Of a stretch of DNA of 64,000 bases, positions 28,703 through 38,896 are shown in pieces. Source of the stretch: an uncultured delta proteobacterium (lineage in GTDB: Bacteria > Myxococcota_A > Polyangia > Fen-1088); the NCBI GenBank assembly GCA_963737265.1, contig CAVTRY010000018.1:160001-224000 (forward strand), in the 5' to 3' direction. Below the pieces are notes generated by a model. The model saw nothing but the letters and a program-made list of their open reading frames with translations. It searched no databases and had not been told where the DNA came from. A program made the position numbers and the translations under genes. How positions within the stretch are numbered: the first letter of the stretch is position 1; every line of letters begins with the position of its first letter.

Positions 28703-29569
28703 CTAGGCCGTTGTCGGTTGGAGTCTGCTGTCGTTCAGCCAATGGGCGATGTCGGCCAAGACCACGTCCGCTTCGGGCTCAAGAAAAAGCTCGTGGAAAA
28801 GGCCGTCGTAGGTGCGACTGGTCACGATGTCCCCGGCGCTTTGGGCAAAAGCTTGCGTGGTTTCGTTGGATACGATGCGGTCTTCACCGGCGAGGAGCAG
28901 CAAGGTCGGGACTTTCAGATCCGGTGCGTGCTCGCGGATGCGAGCCTGGGCGCGCAACATGGCCATGAACCACCCGGCGGACGCCACGTGGTGAACCATG
29001 GGATCGTTGTTGAACCCCGCCTGGACGCGCGGATCGCGGGAAATGTTTTCGCCCTTGAGGCCGTTCGGCCCGGTGATGGTGGGCAGCACGCGAGCCACGA
29101 CATTGGCCGCCATTCGCTTGGGAGCCGACACCTCCATCTTCAGCCGCAACCAAGGCGCAGCGAGAACCAGGCGGCCGGGTAGGTTGGCGGCGTCGGCCTC
29201 CAGCGCAAAGGCCGCGGCGATGGCACCGCCCATGCTATGGCCAAGCAGGGCCCAGGGAAGAGTCGCGTTCCGCGCGCGCGCCCAATCGACGACCGAGGTT
29301 AGATCGTCGAGGTAATCCGCGAAGCTATCGACGTGTCCGCGGCGTCCGCCCGATCGGCCGTGGCCGCGACAGTCGAACTGAGTCACGGCGAATCCAGCGG
29401 CCGCCAAGGCCGCGCCCACGTGACGGTAGAGTCCGCAATGGGCGGAGAATCCGTGGATGGTGACCAAGGCCAGGCGCTCCATGCCTTTGGCTCGGAAGTG
29501 CTCGACGTGAAGGTCGAGACCAGGCCGCTTCAGCCTGGTCTCGATATCCGGGAGCGTTGGGGGCTGCAT
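28703..29569 (-). CDS. Alpha/beta hydrolase (lysophospholipase / monoacylglycerol lipase family)
   Basis: HGFSAH..Y, DCRGHGRS, GHSMGG, HELFLE. Confidence 0.9.
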   Translation of the reverse strand: MQPPTLPDIETRLKRPGLDLHVEHFRAKGMERLALVTIHGFSAHCGLYRHVGAALAAAGFAVTQFDCRGHGRSGGRRGHVDSFADYLDDLTSVVDWARARNATLPWALLGHSMGGAIAAAFALEADAANLPGRLVLAAPWLRLKMEVSAPKRMAANVVARVLPTITGPNGLKGENISRDPRVQAGFNNDPMVHHVASAGWFMAMLRAQARIREHAPDLKVPTLLLLAGEDRIVSNETTQAFAQSAGDIVTSRTYDGLFHELFLEPEADVVLADIAHWLNDSRLQPTTA

Positions 29570-29627
29570 GGCGTGGAAATACCATGGACTCCGCGCCTGG
29601 CGCGAATCATAGTCCGCCGCGGAAGCG

Positions 29628-30263
29628 ATGCGGATTTCAGAAATCTACGCCAGCATTCAGGGCGAGTCCCAGCTCGCGGGTTTGCCTTGTATCCTGGTGC
29701 GCACGACAGGCTGCGATCTGCGCTGCACGTACTGCGACACGGCCCATGCCTTTACTGGCGGCCAGGACATGACGGTCGACCAAATCGTCGCGGAGGTGAG
29801 GCGTCTGGGCCTTCCCTACGTGCTCTTGACCGGCGGCGAGCCGATGCTGCAAGCGGAAATGGCGTTGCTCGCGCGTCGTTTGCTGGCGGAGGGCAACAAG
29901 GTCTCCATCGAGACTTCGGGAGCGCACCTGCTCGGCGAATTGCCCGCGGAGGTCGTGCGCATTGTCGATGTGAAGACGCCGTCGTCCGGCGAGGTTCAGC
30001 GGATGAAGTGGCAAGTGCTAGAGGCGTTGCGGCCCTGCGATGCCGTCAAGTTCGTGCTCTCGGATGAGCACGACTACCGCTGGTCCGTCGAGCACCTCGT
30101 TCGGCTCGATCTTGCCAAACGCAGCGAGGTTCTCTTTTCGCCGGTCCACGGCCGACTCGATCCAAAAGATCTCGTGGCCTGGATCGTTCGCGATCGGCTT
30201 CCGGTTCGACTTAATCTTCAGCTTCACAAGTACATCTGGGGTTCTGATGCGAGAGGGGTGTAA
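29628..30263 (+). CDS. queE: 7-carboxy-7-deazaguanine synthase (radical SAM)
   Basis: EIYASIQGE, CDLRCTYCDT, TGGEP, ETSG, LQLHKYIW. Confidence 0.9.
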   Translation: MRISEIYASIQGESQLAGLPCILVRTTGCDLRCTYCDTAHAFTGGQDMTVDQIVAEVRRLGLPYVLLTGGEPMLQAEMALLARRLLAEGNKVSIETSGAHLLGELPAEVVRIVDVKTPSSGEVQRMKWQVLEALRPCDAVKFVLSDEHDYRWSVEHLVRLDLAKRSEVLFSPVHGRLDPKDLVAWIVRDRLPVRLNLQLHKYIWGSDARGV

Positions 30264-30440
30264 CATTGCTTCCGTCAGGCTCGGCGCGGCGCACGGGATC
30301 GCCCATCGTCCCAATAGTTCTCGATTCAACCAGAATACTTTCGGATTGACTTCGCAACGTCGATCCTGCTAGCGTCCGACCGCGTCTGGTGGGGCTAACC
30401 TATCGAGACTCCTCGGAAAAGACGAAGAAACCATAGCGGC

Positions 30441-31280
30441 TTGAAAGGAATCCTACTCACAATGGGTACCTGCATCGCGGTGCTATCGGCTCCCGGGTGC
30501 GCTACGCGTGCCAAGCGGGATTCCGATCAGTCGCAGGTGCGCTACCAGCTCGCCGTCGGATACTTTCAGAACCACCGCGAGGAAGCCGCTGTCGAAGAGT
30601 TGCAGAAAGCCATCGAATCGGATCCGCAGAGCTCCGACGCGTACAACTTGCTCGGGCTCCTTGCCTTGAAGCAGGCTTACGACTACGGCGCTCAAGCGGA
30701 GACCTTTTCTTGCCTCAAGGGCAAGGACGAACAATTGGTTCGCGCTGCCGAGACCCAGAAGCTCAAGGAAGCCGAGTCCGACTTCCGTAAGGCGGTCGAG
30801 CTTCGTCCGAATTTCCCACAGGCATGGAACAGCTTGTCCGCGGTTTCGCTCCTGCTGAGGGCGTGGGATCAGGCGATCGATGCGGCGCAAAATGCCTTGA
30901 AGGATCCCACGTACGATGCGCCCGTGTTCGCACGCGCCAACATGGGCTGGGCCTACTTTCACAAGAAGGATCTGCAGAGCGCGTGGAAGGAACTGTACGA
31001 GTCCGTTTCGCGCGCGCCTGCCTTCTGCGTGGGACGTTACCGGTTGGCCAAGGTGTACTTGGAACGCGGCGATTTGGAGCAAGCGATCGACGCCATCGAT
31101 CCGGTGGTTGCCGATGGCAAGCGGTGTCCTATTCAGGAAGCATTTCTCCTCGCGGGGCTGTTGCATGAGCGCCGCAAGGACCAAGAGAAGGCTCGCGAAC
31201 TGCTTCGTACCTGTGCAGATATGTCTCCCCGAAGTTGCGTGGCGGAAGAATGCAAGCGCTACGCACAGATGATCCAGTGA
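30441..31280 (+). CDS. tgl: TPR lipoprotein, Tgl/PilF-like type IV pilus pilotin
   Basis: Lipobox APG-C, TPRs, DPTY.AP..A.ANMGWA, Cys-rich C-terminus. Lies upstream of a RodZ-like HTH gene. Confidence 0.7.
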   Translation: MKGILLTMGTCIAVLSAPGCATRAKRDSDQSQVRYQLAVGYFQNHREEAAVEELQKAIESDPQSSDAYNLLGLLALKQAYDYGAQAETFSCLKGKDEQLVRAAETQKLKEAESDFRKAVELRPNFPQAWNSLSAVSLLLRAWDQAIDAAQNALKDPTYDAPVFARANMGWAYFHKKDLQSAWKELYESVSRAPAFCVGRYRLAKVYLERGDLEQAIDAIDPVVADGKRCPIQEAFLLAGLLHERRKDQEKARELLRTCADMSPRSCVAEECKRYAQMIQ

Positions 31281-31295
31281 AGAGGGTTCTGGCGA

Positions 31296-31847
31296 ATGGA
31301 CACAGCAAACTTTGGCACATTCCTACGGGAAGAACGCGAGCGGCGGCAGGTTTCATTGTCGGAGATCTCCCAGTCGACCAAGGTATCGGTTTCGTCGCTA
31401 AAGCTAATCGAAGCGGGAAACCTCGACGATCTGCCGCCTGACGTCTTTGTTCGCGGCTTCATTCGTTCCTACGCCAAAAGCCTTGGAATCCCCAGCAGCG
31501 AGCCGCTCGGCCTACTCGACCAGGTATTGTCCGAGCGCCGTCGCTCCGCCGAAATTCCCGCGGCGGGCATGCGAGCGACGCGGATGTCCGGGGCGATGAT
31601 GGGCATGGCGAATTGGAACCCGGCCGTGAAAACCACGCCTTCCTCGGAGCCGCCGGTCGAGGACGATCCGCCGCAGCGGCGGGGCATCGGGCTTGCCGTG
31701 TTCGTGATCATCGTGCTGCTCATCGCCACGATTACGCTTTCGCTATTCCTTCGCCAGCAGCCACAGTCGGGCGAGGGGCTTAGTTTGAAGGATGGCGATG
31801 CGGCCGGCGAAGCAGCGTCGTCGCTTCCAAGCCACCTGCGTTCCTGA
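31296..31847 (+). CDS. RodZ-like XRE helix-turn-helix membrane protein
   Basis: FGTFLREERE..SL.EIS..TK, LPPDVFVRGFIRSYAK.LG, single TM helix. Confidence 0.85.
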   Translation: MDTANFGTFLREERERRQVSLSEISQSTKVSVSSLKLIEAGNLDDLPPDVFVRGFIRSYAKSLGIPSSEPLGLLDQVLSERRRSAEIPAAGMRATRMSGAMMGMANWNPAVKTTPSSEPPVEDDPPQRRGIGLAVFVIIVLLIATITLSLFLRQQPQSGEGLSLKDGDAAGEAASSLPSHLRS

Positions 31848-31871
31848 CGCGATCGGCTGCAAGTGCCTCGC

Positions 31872-32642
31872 ATGCTGAGGCCGTCCATCGCCACTCCGGC
31901 CATCGTTCTTCGCCGGACGGCCTATGGCGAAGCCGATCTGGTGGTGACCTTGCTTGGACTGCAAACTGGGCGCGTGTCCGCGCTCGCGCGCGGGGCGCGC
32001 AAGAGCTCGCGGCGATTTACGGGCGGGCTCGGCATGGGCCTGGGCGGCAATGCGACGCTGCGGGATCGCCCAGGGGCAGAGCTGATGTCGCTGGAAGGGT
32101 TCGATGCCTCTGGAGATCGTCAGGGCCTGTCCTTGGATATCGCCAAGACGGCGCACACAGCCTACGCGGTCGAGCTTTGTGACAGGCTGTGCCCACCACG
32201 ACAGCCGGACAAGGCAGTCTTTGCCTGGCTCGACGAGTTCCTAGCACGGCTGGCGGTGGGAACGGCGACCGCGGATCGTTTGCGCGTCTTTGAGTTGGGA
32301 CTGCTCCGCCAGCTTGGCATCGGCCCGTCGCTGGATAGGTGCACGGTCTGTGGCCGCGAAGACCTGGCAGATGAAGACGTTCGCTGGTACCCGGCGCGTG
32401 GGGGCGTGGTTTGCCTGCGGTGTGGCCGAAGCGGTGACCCGATGGGCGGCAGCACGCGTCAGGCTCTGGGACGGCTGGGGAATGCCAGCATGTCCGACGC
32501 CGACAGCATCCAGCTTGACCGCGAAGTCAGCTCTGGCTGTCGCAGAGCAATGCTCGCCCTACTGCGTGAACATGTTCACGGACCGCTGCGCTCACTCGAC
32601 TTTATCGAGAAGATGGGGAGTGGCATGTCGGGTTCCCGTTGA
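31872..32642 (+). CDS. recO: DNA repair protein RecO
   Basis: AIVLR...[18 protein letters not shown], CxxC...CxxC. Confidence 0.92.
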   Translation: MLRPSIATPAIVLRRTAYGEADLVVTLLGLQTGRVSALARGARKSSRRFTGGLGMGLGGNATLRDRPGAELMSLEGFDASGDRQGLSLDIAKTAHTAYAVELCDRLCPPRQPDKAVFAWLDEFLARLAVGTATADRLRVFELGLLRQLGIGPSLDRCTVCGREDLADEDVRWYPARGGVVCLRCGRSGDPMGGSTRQALGRLGNASMSDADSIQLDREVSSGCRRAMLALLREHVHGPLRSLDFIEKMGSGMSGSR

Positions 32643-32677
32643 CTGCCGACGCCATCTCGCTAGATTGCCGCCTCACC

Positions 32678-34309
32678 ATGCCAGCGTCTTCACTCGACAC
32701 GATCGTTAGCCTTTGCAAACGCCGCGGGTTCGTTTTCCCGTCCTCGTCGGTGTACGGCGGGCTCGGCAGCACCTGGGACTACGGCCCGCTCGGGGTCGAG
32801 CTCAAGAACAACGTGAAGCGCGCGTGGTGGCGCTCGGTCGTGCATGAGCGGGACGACATGGAAGGCCTGGATGCGGCCATCCTGATGAACCGCTTGGTGT
32901 GGAAGTACTCGGGCCACGAAGCGACCTTTTCGGATCCGATGACGGATTGTCGGGCCTGCAAGACGCGGCCGCGCGCCGATCACCTATTTGCCGCGCAAAA
33001 AGGCCACGATCCGAAGGGTCTTGCAGAGATCAACGCCGCCATCGAGGTCAAGGAGATTGCTTGTCCCAAGTGTGGCTCGAAAGATCTCACGCCTGCCCGG
33101 CCATTCAACCTCATGTTCAAGACCAGCGTCGGGCCGGTTGATTCTGGCGACGATTCGGGATTGGTCTACCTGCGGCCCGAAACCGCCCAGGGTATCTTCG
33201 TGAATTTCGGTAACGTGCTCGATACCATGCGGCGGAAGCTGCCGTTTGGAATCGCCCAGATTGGCAAGGCGTTCCGCAACGAAATCACGCCGGGAAATTT
33301 CACTTTCCGTACGCGCGAATTCGAACAAATGGAAATCGAGTATTTCGTGCGTCCCGGCGAGGACGAGGCGGCGCACGAGATGTGGATCGCCGAGCGCAGG
33401 AATTGGTACCTCAAGCTCGGGATGCGCCCCGAAAATCTGCGCATGCGCGAGCAGGAGAAGCACGAGCTGGCACACTATGCGAAGCGCTGCGTGGATCTCG
33501 AGTATCTTTTCCCCATGGGCTGGAGCGAGCTTGAGGGCATCGCCAATCGCACCGACTTCGATCTGAAGTCGCATAGTCGCTCGCCCGAGAATCCCGACGC
33601 CGTCGGCGAGCTGAAATACTTCGATCAGGAGCAGAAGAAACACCTCGTCCCGTACGTTATCGAGCCATCGGCGGGCGCGGACAGAGCGACCTTGGCCTTC
33701 TTGTGTGATGCCTATGAGGACGCGCTGGTCAAGGAGCCGCCGGCGGAGGAAGTCGCCAAGCTGCGAGACTTGGTCGAAAGTTTCGCGCGTTCGGTCGGCC
33801 GGCGCGAGGGCATCGCCGCCGACGTCAAACAGCGTCTGGTCGCGACTGCCGAGGCGATCGCCACGGGCTTGCCGGCCACGCTGCCGCGGCTTATCGGGTT
33901 GATGGAAGATTCCGAAGCGGCGACCATCGAAGTCATGAAGAAGGTGCGTGGGGTAGGGGAGAAGATCGCCGAAGAGCACACGCGCACCGTGCTGCATCTC
34001 CACCCGCGGCTTGCTCCGCTCACCGTCGCGGTCTTTCCCTTGAAGCGCAACGATCCACGCCTGGTCGAGATGGCGCGCGGGCTCAAGCGCGATCTGCAGC
34101 GCGCCGGCCTGCGCACGGTCTACGACGACACCGGCGCCATCGGAAAGCTTTACCGGCGGCAGGACGAAATCGGAACTCCATGGTGCATTACCGTGGATTT
34201 CCAGAGTCTCGAGGACCAAACCGTCACGGTGCGCGACCGGGACAGCATGCAGCAGGAGCGCACGAAGGCCGCCGACCTGGCTTCTGCGCTGGCGGCGCGA
34301 CTGATCTGA
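32678..34309 (+). CDS. glyQS: Glycine--tRNA ligase (alpha2 type) with extra insertion
   Basis: [61 protein letters not shown]. Confidence 0.95.
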   Translation: MPASSLDTIVSLCKRRGFVFPSSSVYGGLGSTWDYGPLGVELKNNVKRAWWRSVVHERDDMEGLDAAILMNRLVWKYSGHEATFSDPMTDCRACKTRPRADHLFAAQKGHDPKGLAEINAAIEVKEIACPKCGSKDLTPARPFNLMFKTSVGPVDSGDDSGLVYLRPETAQGIFVNFGNVLDTMRRKLPFGIAQIGKAFRNEITPGNFTFRTREFEQMEIEYFVRPGEDEAAHEMWIAERRNWYLKLGMRPENLRMREQEKHELAHYAKRCVDLEYLFPMGWSELEGIANRTDFDLKSHSRSPENPDAVGELKYFDQEQKKHLVPYVIEPSAGADRATLAFLCDAYEDALVKEPPAEEVAKLRDLVESFARSVGRREGIAADVKQRLVATAEAIATGLPATLPRLIGLMEDSEAATIEVMKKVRGVGEKIAEEHTRTVLHLHPRLAPLTVAVFPLKRNDPRLVEMARGLKRDLQRAGLRTVYDDTGAIGKLYRRQDEIGTPWCITVDFQSLEDQTVTVRDRDSMQQERTKAADLASALAARLI

Positions 34310-34392
34310 CCTTTCGCCACGTGAGTTTTGCACATCAATTGAGCGTCGACAGGCTTTCAATCGTCGGCGCTCCCTGATAGAAACCCCCACCG

Positions 34393-37212
34393 ATGCCAAC
34401 CAAGAGGAAGACTGGAAGCAATGCCATGAAACCGACCAAAGCGCGTGCCTCGAAGGTAGTTAAGGCCAAAGCCAAGCCGCAATCAGCCGGAAAACGCGTG
34501 AAACGCGTGTATTTTTTCGGCGGCGGCAAGGCCGAGGGAAACAAGGAAATGAAGAACCTGCTCGGCGGCAAGGGTGCCAACCTCGCCGAGATGACCAACA
34601 TCGGCGTGCCGGTGCCTCCTGGGTTCACCATCACCACCGAGGTTTGCACCGAGTTCAACCAGGCCGGCGGCAAGCTGCCGAAGGATCTCGATGCAGAAGT
34701 CAAGACTGCCGTCGCCAAGATGGAGAAGCTGCTTGGCAAGACGTTCGGCGACCCGGCGAACCCTCTGCTGGTTTCCGTCCGTTCTGGCGCGCGGGCGTCC
34801 ATGCCGGGCATGATGGACACGATTTTGAACCTCGGCCTCAACGACGAGACCGCCGCTGGTTTGGCCGCCGCCTCTCAGAACGAGCGCTTCGCCTACGATT
34901 CGTACCGCCGCTTCGTCGCGATGTACGGCGACGTCGTGCTGGAAATGAAGCCCGAGCGCAAGGAGGATCATGACCCGTTCGAGGTCATTCTCACCGCCAA
35001 GAAGAAGGCCCTCGGCGTGAAGGTCGACTCGGAATTGCCGGCCTCGGCGCTCAAAGAACTCGTGGGCGAGTTCAAAGCCGCCATCAAGCAGCACAAGGGC
35101 GTGGACTTCCCAATCAACCCGCTCGACCAGCTCGCCGGCGCCATCAAGGCCGTGTTCCGCAGCTGGGAAAACGACCGCGCGAAGGTCTACCGCAAGCTGA
35201 ACAACATTCCCTCGGACTGGGGAACCGCAGTCAACGTGCAGGCCATGGTCTTCGGCAACAAGGGCGAAGATTCGGCCACGGGCGTGTGCTTCACGCGCAA
35301 CCCGTCCACGGGCGAAAACCTCTTCTACGGCGAGTTCTTGGTCAACGCCCAGGGCGAAGACGTGGTCGCCGGCATTCGTACGCCGCAGAAGATCGCCGAC
35401 CTCGAAAAGGATTTCCCGGTTGCCTACAAGCAGCTGTACGAAATCCGCAAGAAGCTCGAGAAGCACTACAAGGACATGCAGGACATCGAGTTCACCGTCG
35501 AGAACAAGAAGCTGTTCATGCTTCAGTGCCGCAACGGCAAGCGCACCGGCTTCGCCGGCGTGCGCATCGCGGTCGAGATGGTGAATGAGAAGCTCATCGG
35601 CAAGGACGAGGCGCTCCGCCGCGTCGAGCCTGAAGCGCTCAATCAACTGCTGCGACCCGTGTTCGGCACCGCGGCCAAGGCAGCCTCGATCAAAGAGGGC
35701 CGCCTGCTGGCCAAGGGCTTACCGGCCGGTCCCGGCGCCGCGACTGGACAGATCGTGTTCTTCGCCGACGACGCCGAGACCTGGGCTGCGCAGGGTAAGA
35801 CCGTCATCCTGTGCCGTCACGAGACCTCGCCCGAGGACATCCGTGGCATGAACGCGTCGCTCGGGTTCATCACCGCGTTTGGCGGCATGACCTCGCACGC
35901 CGCGCTCGTCGCCCGTCAGATGGGCAAGGTGTGCATCGTCGGTTGCGATGTCATCTCGTTCAACTACCACGCCCGCACCATGACCGTGAACACGGCCAAG
36001 GGCGCGGTCACGCTCAAGGAAGGCGACTGGGTGTCGCTCGACGGATTCACCGGCGAGTTCATCAACGGCCGCATCGACACCACGCCGTCGGAGGTCATCC
36101 GGGTGCTCATCGAGAAGAACCTGGATCCCAAGAACGCGCCGGTGTACCAGCAGTACGCCAAGCTGATGACCTGGGCGGACGCTGTACGCAAGCTGCGCGT
36201 GCGCGCCAACGCCGATCAGCCCGATCAGGCTGAAGCTGCCGTGTCGTTCGGCGCCGAGGGCATCGGCCTTTGCCGTACCGAGCACATGTTCTTCGGTGAA
36301 GGCAAGATCGGCCCCATGCGCGAGATGATCGTCGCCGAAAACGAGACCGAGCGTCGCGCCGCCTTGGCCAAGCTGTTGCCACTGCAACGTGAGGACTTCG
36401 CCGGAATCTTCCGCGCGATGGGTAGCCGTCCCGTGACCATCCGGACCCTGGATCCTCCGCTACACGAGTTCTTGCCACACGATGAGGCGGGTCAGCGCGA
36501 GCTGGCGGACGCCACGGGCAAGACCTACGAAGTGATCAAGCAGCGCATCGCGGATCTGCACGAGTCGAACCCGATGCTCGGCCACCGCGGTTGCCGTCTC
36601 GGCGTGACCTACCCGGAAATCACCGAGATGCAGGCGCGCGCCATCTTCGAGGCCGCGGTCATCGTGAACAAGGAAGGAATCAAGACCGAGCCCGAGGTCA
36701 TGATTCCGTTCATTGGCACCAAGAAGGAACTCGATCTGCAGACCGCGGTGGTCAGAGCCGCCGCTGCTGCCGTCATCGCGGAGACCAAGACCAAGTTCAA
36801 GTATCTGGTCGGCACGATGATCGAAATCCCGCGTGCCGCCATTACGGCGGACAAGATCGCCGAGACCGCGGAGTTCTTCTCCTTCGGTACCAACGACCTG
36901 ACCCAGACCACCTTCGGTTTGAGCCGCGACGACGTACCCAAGGTGCTCGCCTCGTACCTCGACAAAGAGGTTTACACGGTCGATCCCTTCGTCTCCATCG
37001 ACCGCGAAGGCGTCGGTTACCTCATGAAGCACGCCGTAGCGGCTGGCCGCAGCGTTCGCAAGGATCTGAAGTGCGGCATCTGCGGTGAGCACGGTGGCGA
37101 CCCATCTTCGGTCGATTTCTGTCACTCGATCGGACTCAACTACGTATCGTGCTCGCCTTACCGACTGCCCATCGCACGTTTGGCGGCGGCCCAGGCCGTG
37201 TTGAAGAAGTAG
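34393..37212 (+). CDS. ppdK: Pyruvate, phosphate dikinase
   Basis: LLGGKGANLAEM, SVRSGA, GGMTSHAA, GLCRTEHM, FGTNDL, GICGEHGG. Alternative start at 34426. Confidence 0.97.
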   Translation: MPTKRKTGSNAMKPTKARASKVVKAKAKPQSAGKRVKRVYFFGGGKAEGNKEMKNLLGGKGANLAEMTNIGVPVPPGFTITTEVCTEFNQAGGKLPKDLDAEVKTAVAKMEKLLGKTFGDPANPLLVSVRSGARASMPGMMDTILNLGLNDETAAGLAAASQNERFAYDSYRRFVAMYGDVVLEMKPERKEDHDPFEVILTAKKKALGVKVDSELPASALKELVGEFKAAIKQHKGVDFPINPLDQLAGAIKAVFRSWENDRAKVYRKLNNIPSDWGTAVNVQAMVFGNKGEDSATGVCFTRNPSTGENLFYGEFLVNAQGEDVVAGIRTPQKIADLEKDFPVAYKQLYEIRKKLEKHYKDMQDIEFTVENKKLFMLQCRNGKRTGFAGVRIAVEMVNEKLIGKDEALRRVEPEALNQLLRPVFGTAAKAASIKEGRLLAKGLPAGPGAATGQIVFFADDAETWAAQGKTVILCRHETSPEDIRGMNASLGFITAFGGMTSHAALVARQMGKVCIVGCDVISFNYHARTMTVNTAKGAVTLKEGDWVSLDGFTGEFINGRIDTTPSEVIRVLIEKNLDPKNAPVYQQYAKLMTWADAVRKLRVRANADQPDQAEAAVSFGAEGIGLCRTEHMFFGEGKIGPMREMIVAENETERRAALAKLLPLQREDFAGIFRAMGSRPVTIRTLDPPLHEFLPHDEAGQRELADATGKTYEVIKQRIADLHESNPMLGHRGCRLGVTYPEITEMQARAIFEAAVIVNKEGIKTEPEVMIPFIGTKKELDLQTAVVRAAAAAVIAETKTKFKYLVGTMIEIPRAAITADKIAETAEFFSFGTNDLTQTTFGLSRDDVPKVLASYLDKEVYTVDPFVSIDREGVGYLMKHAVAAGRSVRKDLKCGICGEHGGDPSSVDFCHSIGLNYVSCSPYRLPIARLAAAQAVLKK

Positions 37213-37276
37213 TGCCCGGCAGCTCACCACAGGGCGCGCGAAGCCAGCGGAAGCAAGCATTGCAAAGGGAGTCCTC

Positions 37277-38896
37277 ATGACGAGATCTCCCGCCGTGTTT
37301 TCTTCCGCGGCACTTCTACTCTCCGTGGTGAGCGTTCCTGTCGCTGGATGCAGCTTTGGCGAGAACGGGATCGATCCGCCCATCAATCGCATCTTCCTGC
37401 CCGCGGGAATCGTCGCGGATCCGGTCTATCCCTTTCTCTACGTCGTCAACTCGAACTCCGATTTGCGATTCAACGCTGGGACCGTCGTGGCGGTCGATTT
37501 AGCAAGAGCGGCGAAGACGTTGACCGACGCCAGGGCGAGTCACGACACGAATCCGGCGATACCGACGTGCTCAAAGACCCGCTTTTCTCGAACCGAGCCG
37601 GTGGCCGACGACTACTGCTGTCGCGACCTGGTCGACAGCAACATCCTCAATTGCAACGAGCCGCAATTCGTCCGATCCGAGGCGACCGTCAGCATCGGAA
37701 GTTTCGGCGGCGCGGTCGAATTGCAGCAAGCCCCCCGCCCAGACGACACGACGATACGACGGCTGTTCATGGCGGTCCGCGCCGAGCCTTCGATTACCTA
37801 TGCTGATGTCAAGATAGTGGCCAATTTCAGCGGAAGCGATGACGGCGGAGCGAGTGCTGACGGCGGCGCGACCTCTTACGCGGTGTCGATGCGTTGTACG
37901 GGCGCTCGCGGAGATACTTCGGCCCAACCGGCGAACGCGTACTGCGATGACAACTGGCGCATTCGCCGGCCAGGTGGCGCCACACCAGGCGAGTTGGTGC
38001 TGCCTGAGGAGCCGCATGTATTGTGGCTGGATCCTGCCTTGCCAGGAATTCTCTATGTTGGACACCTCACGGTAACCGCGAATGCACAAATTCAAGGTGG
38101 TGGGGTCTCGACCTTGGATATCTGCGATCCAACGAGTCCAAACTGGGTGCGTTTTGCGGGACTTGCTCAGACCGCTTTCCTTCCCGTGACCGCGTCGCAA
38201 GCTGTTGCGGCGCTGTCCAAGGGCGATCCTGCCCCTCCAAACCTGTTCGTGACGGATCCGCTCGTGTATGCGACCGCCCGCTATTCCGCCCAAGTCACCG
38301 GGATGGTTCTGCGTACCCCGGTGTCACCATCCCAATTGACGTGCCCCCATCCCACCACGGCTCCTCTCGATCTTACTCTCGTGCCGGGCGAAAATTTCCT
38401 CTCGCCCGCATTTTTGCCTAACGGCTCCGACGTCCGCGGAATTCTCTTTTTTACCGATCCCACCGGTCATCCCGAAGCCTTTGTGCTTCACCGCAACGAC
38501 TCGGATACCATCGCCAATCCGCCCGCACTCGTGGTTTTGGACAGGCAAGCGCTTCCCGACGGCACACCGGCGAATTCCGTCATGGGTATTCTCGATGTCT
38601 GCAACGGTCCCACGGCCATGCAGATGCACAACGCGGGCCTGACTGATCGCATCTACGTAACTTGCTACGACGACGGAGAAATCTATGTGATCGATCCCGT
38701 CGCACTCGTCGTCACCGCGATCATCGACGTCGGGACAGGTCCCACGAGCCTGGTGTTCTCGCCTCTCGACCCCGGAATCGCCTATGTCGCGAGCTTTGCC
38801 AATAGCCATCTTTCGGTGATCGATATCGCGCCGGGCAGCCCCACGGAAAACCACGTGGTACAGCGAGTCGGATTGCCACACGGGTATGGTGAATGA
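37277..38896 (+). CDS. Lipoprotein with YncE-like beta-propeller
   Basis: Lipobox VAG-C, LYVVNSNSDLRFN, IYVTCY, IDVGTGP, AYVASF. Confidence 0.7.
   Translation: MTRSPAVFSSAALLLSVVSVPVAGCSFGENGIDPPINRIFLPAGIVADPVYPFLYVVNSNSDLRFNAGTVVAVDLARAAKTLTDARASHDTNPAIPTCSKTRFSRTEPVADDYCCRDLVDSNILNCNEPQFVRSEATVSIGSFGGAVELQQAPRPDDTTIRRLFMAVRAEPSITYADVKIVANFSGSDDGGASADGGATSYAVSMRCTGARGDTSAQPANAYCDDNWRIRRPGGATPGELVLPEEPHVLWLDPALPGILYVGHLTVTANAQIQGGGVSTLDICDPTSPNWVRFAGLAQTAFLPVTASQAVAALSKGDPAPPNLFVTDPLVYATARYSAQVTGMVLRTPVSPSQLTCPHPTTAPLDLTLVPGENFLSPAFLPNGSDVRGILFFTDPTGHPEAFVLHRNDSDTIANPPALVVLDRQALPDGTPANSVMGILDVCNGPTAMQMHNAGLTDRIYVTCYDDGEIYVIDPVALVVTAIIDVGTGPTSLVFSPLDPGIAYVASFANSHLSVIDIAPGSPTENHVVQRVGLPHGYGE

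Noticed and set aside
29628-30263. queE as part of a 7-deazaguanine DNA-modification (dpd) system
   Set aside because: No dpdA, tgt-like or other dpd genes nearby. The housekeeping context fits queuosine synthesis.
33715-33985. GlyRS insertion as an intein
   Set aside because: No N-terminal Cys/Ser block, no C-terminal His-Asn, and too short.
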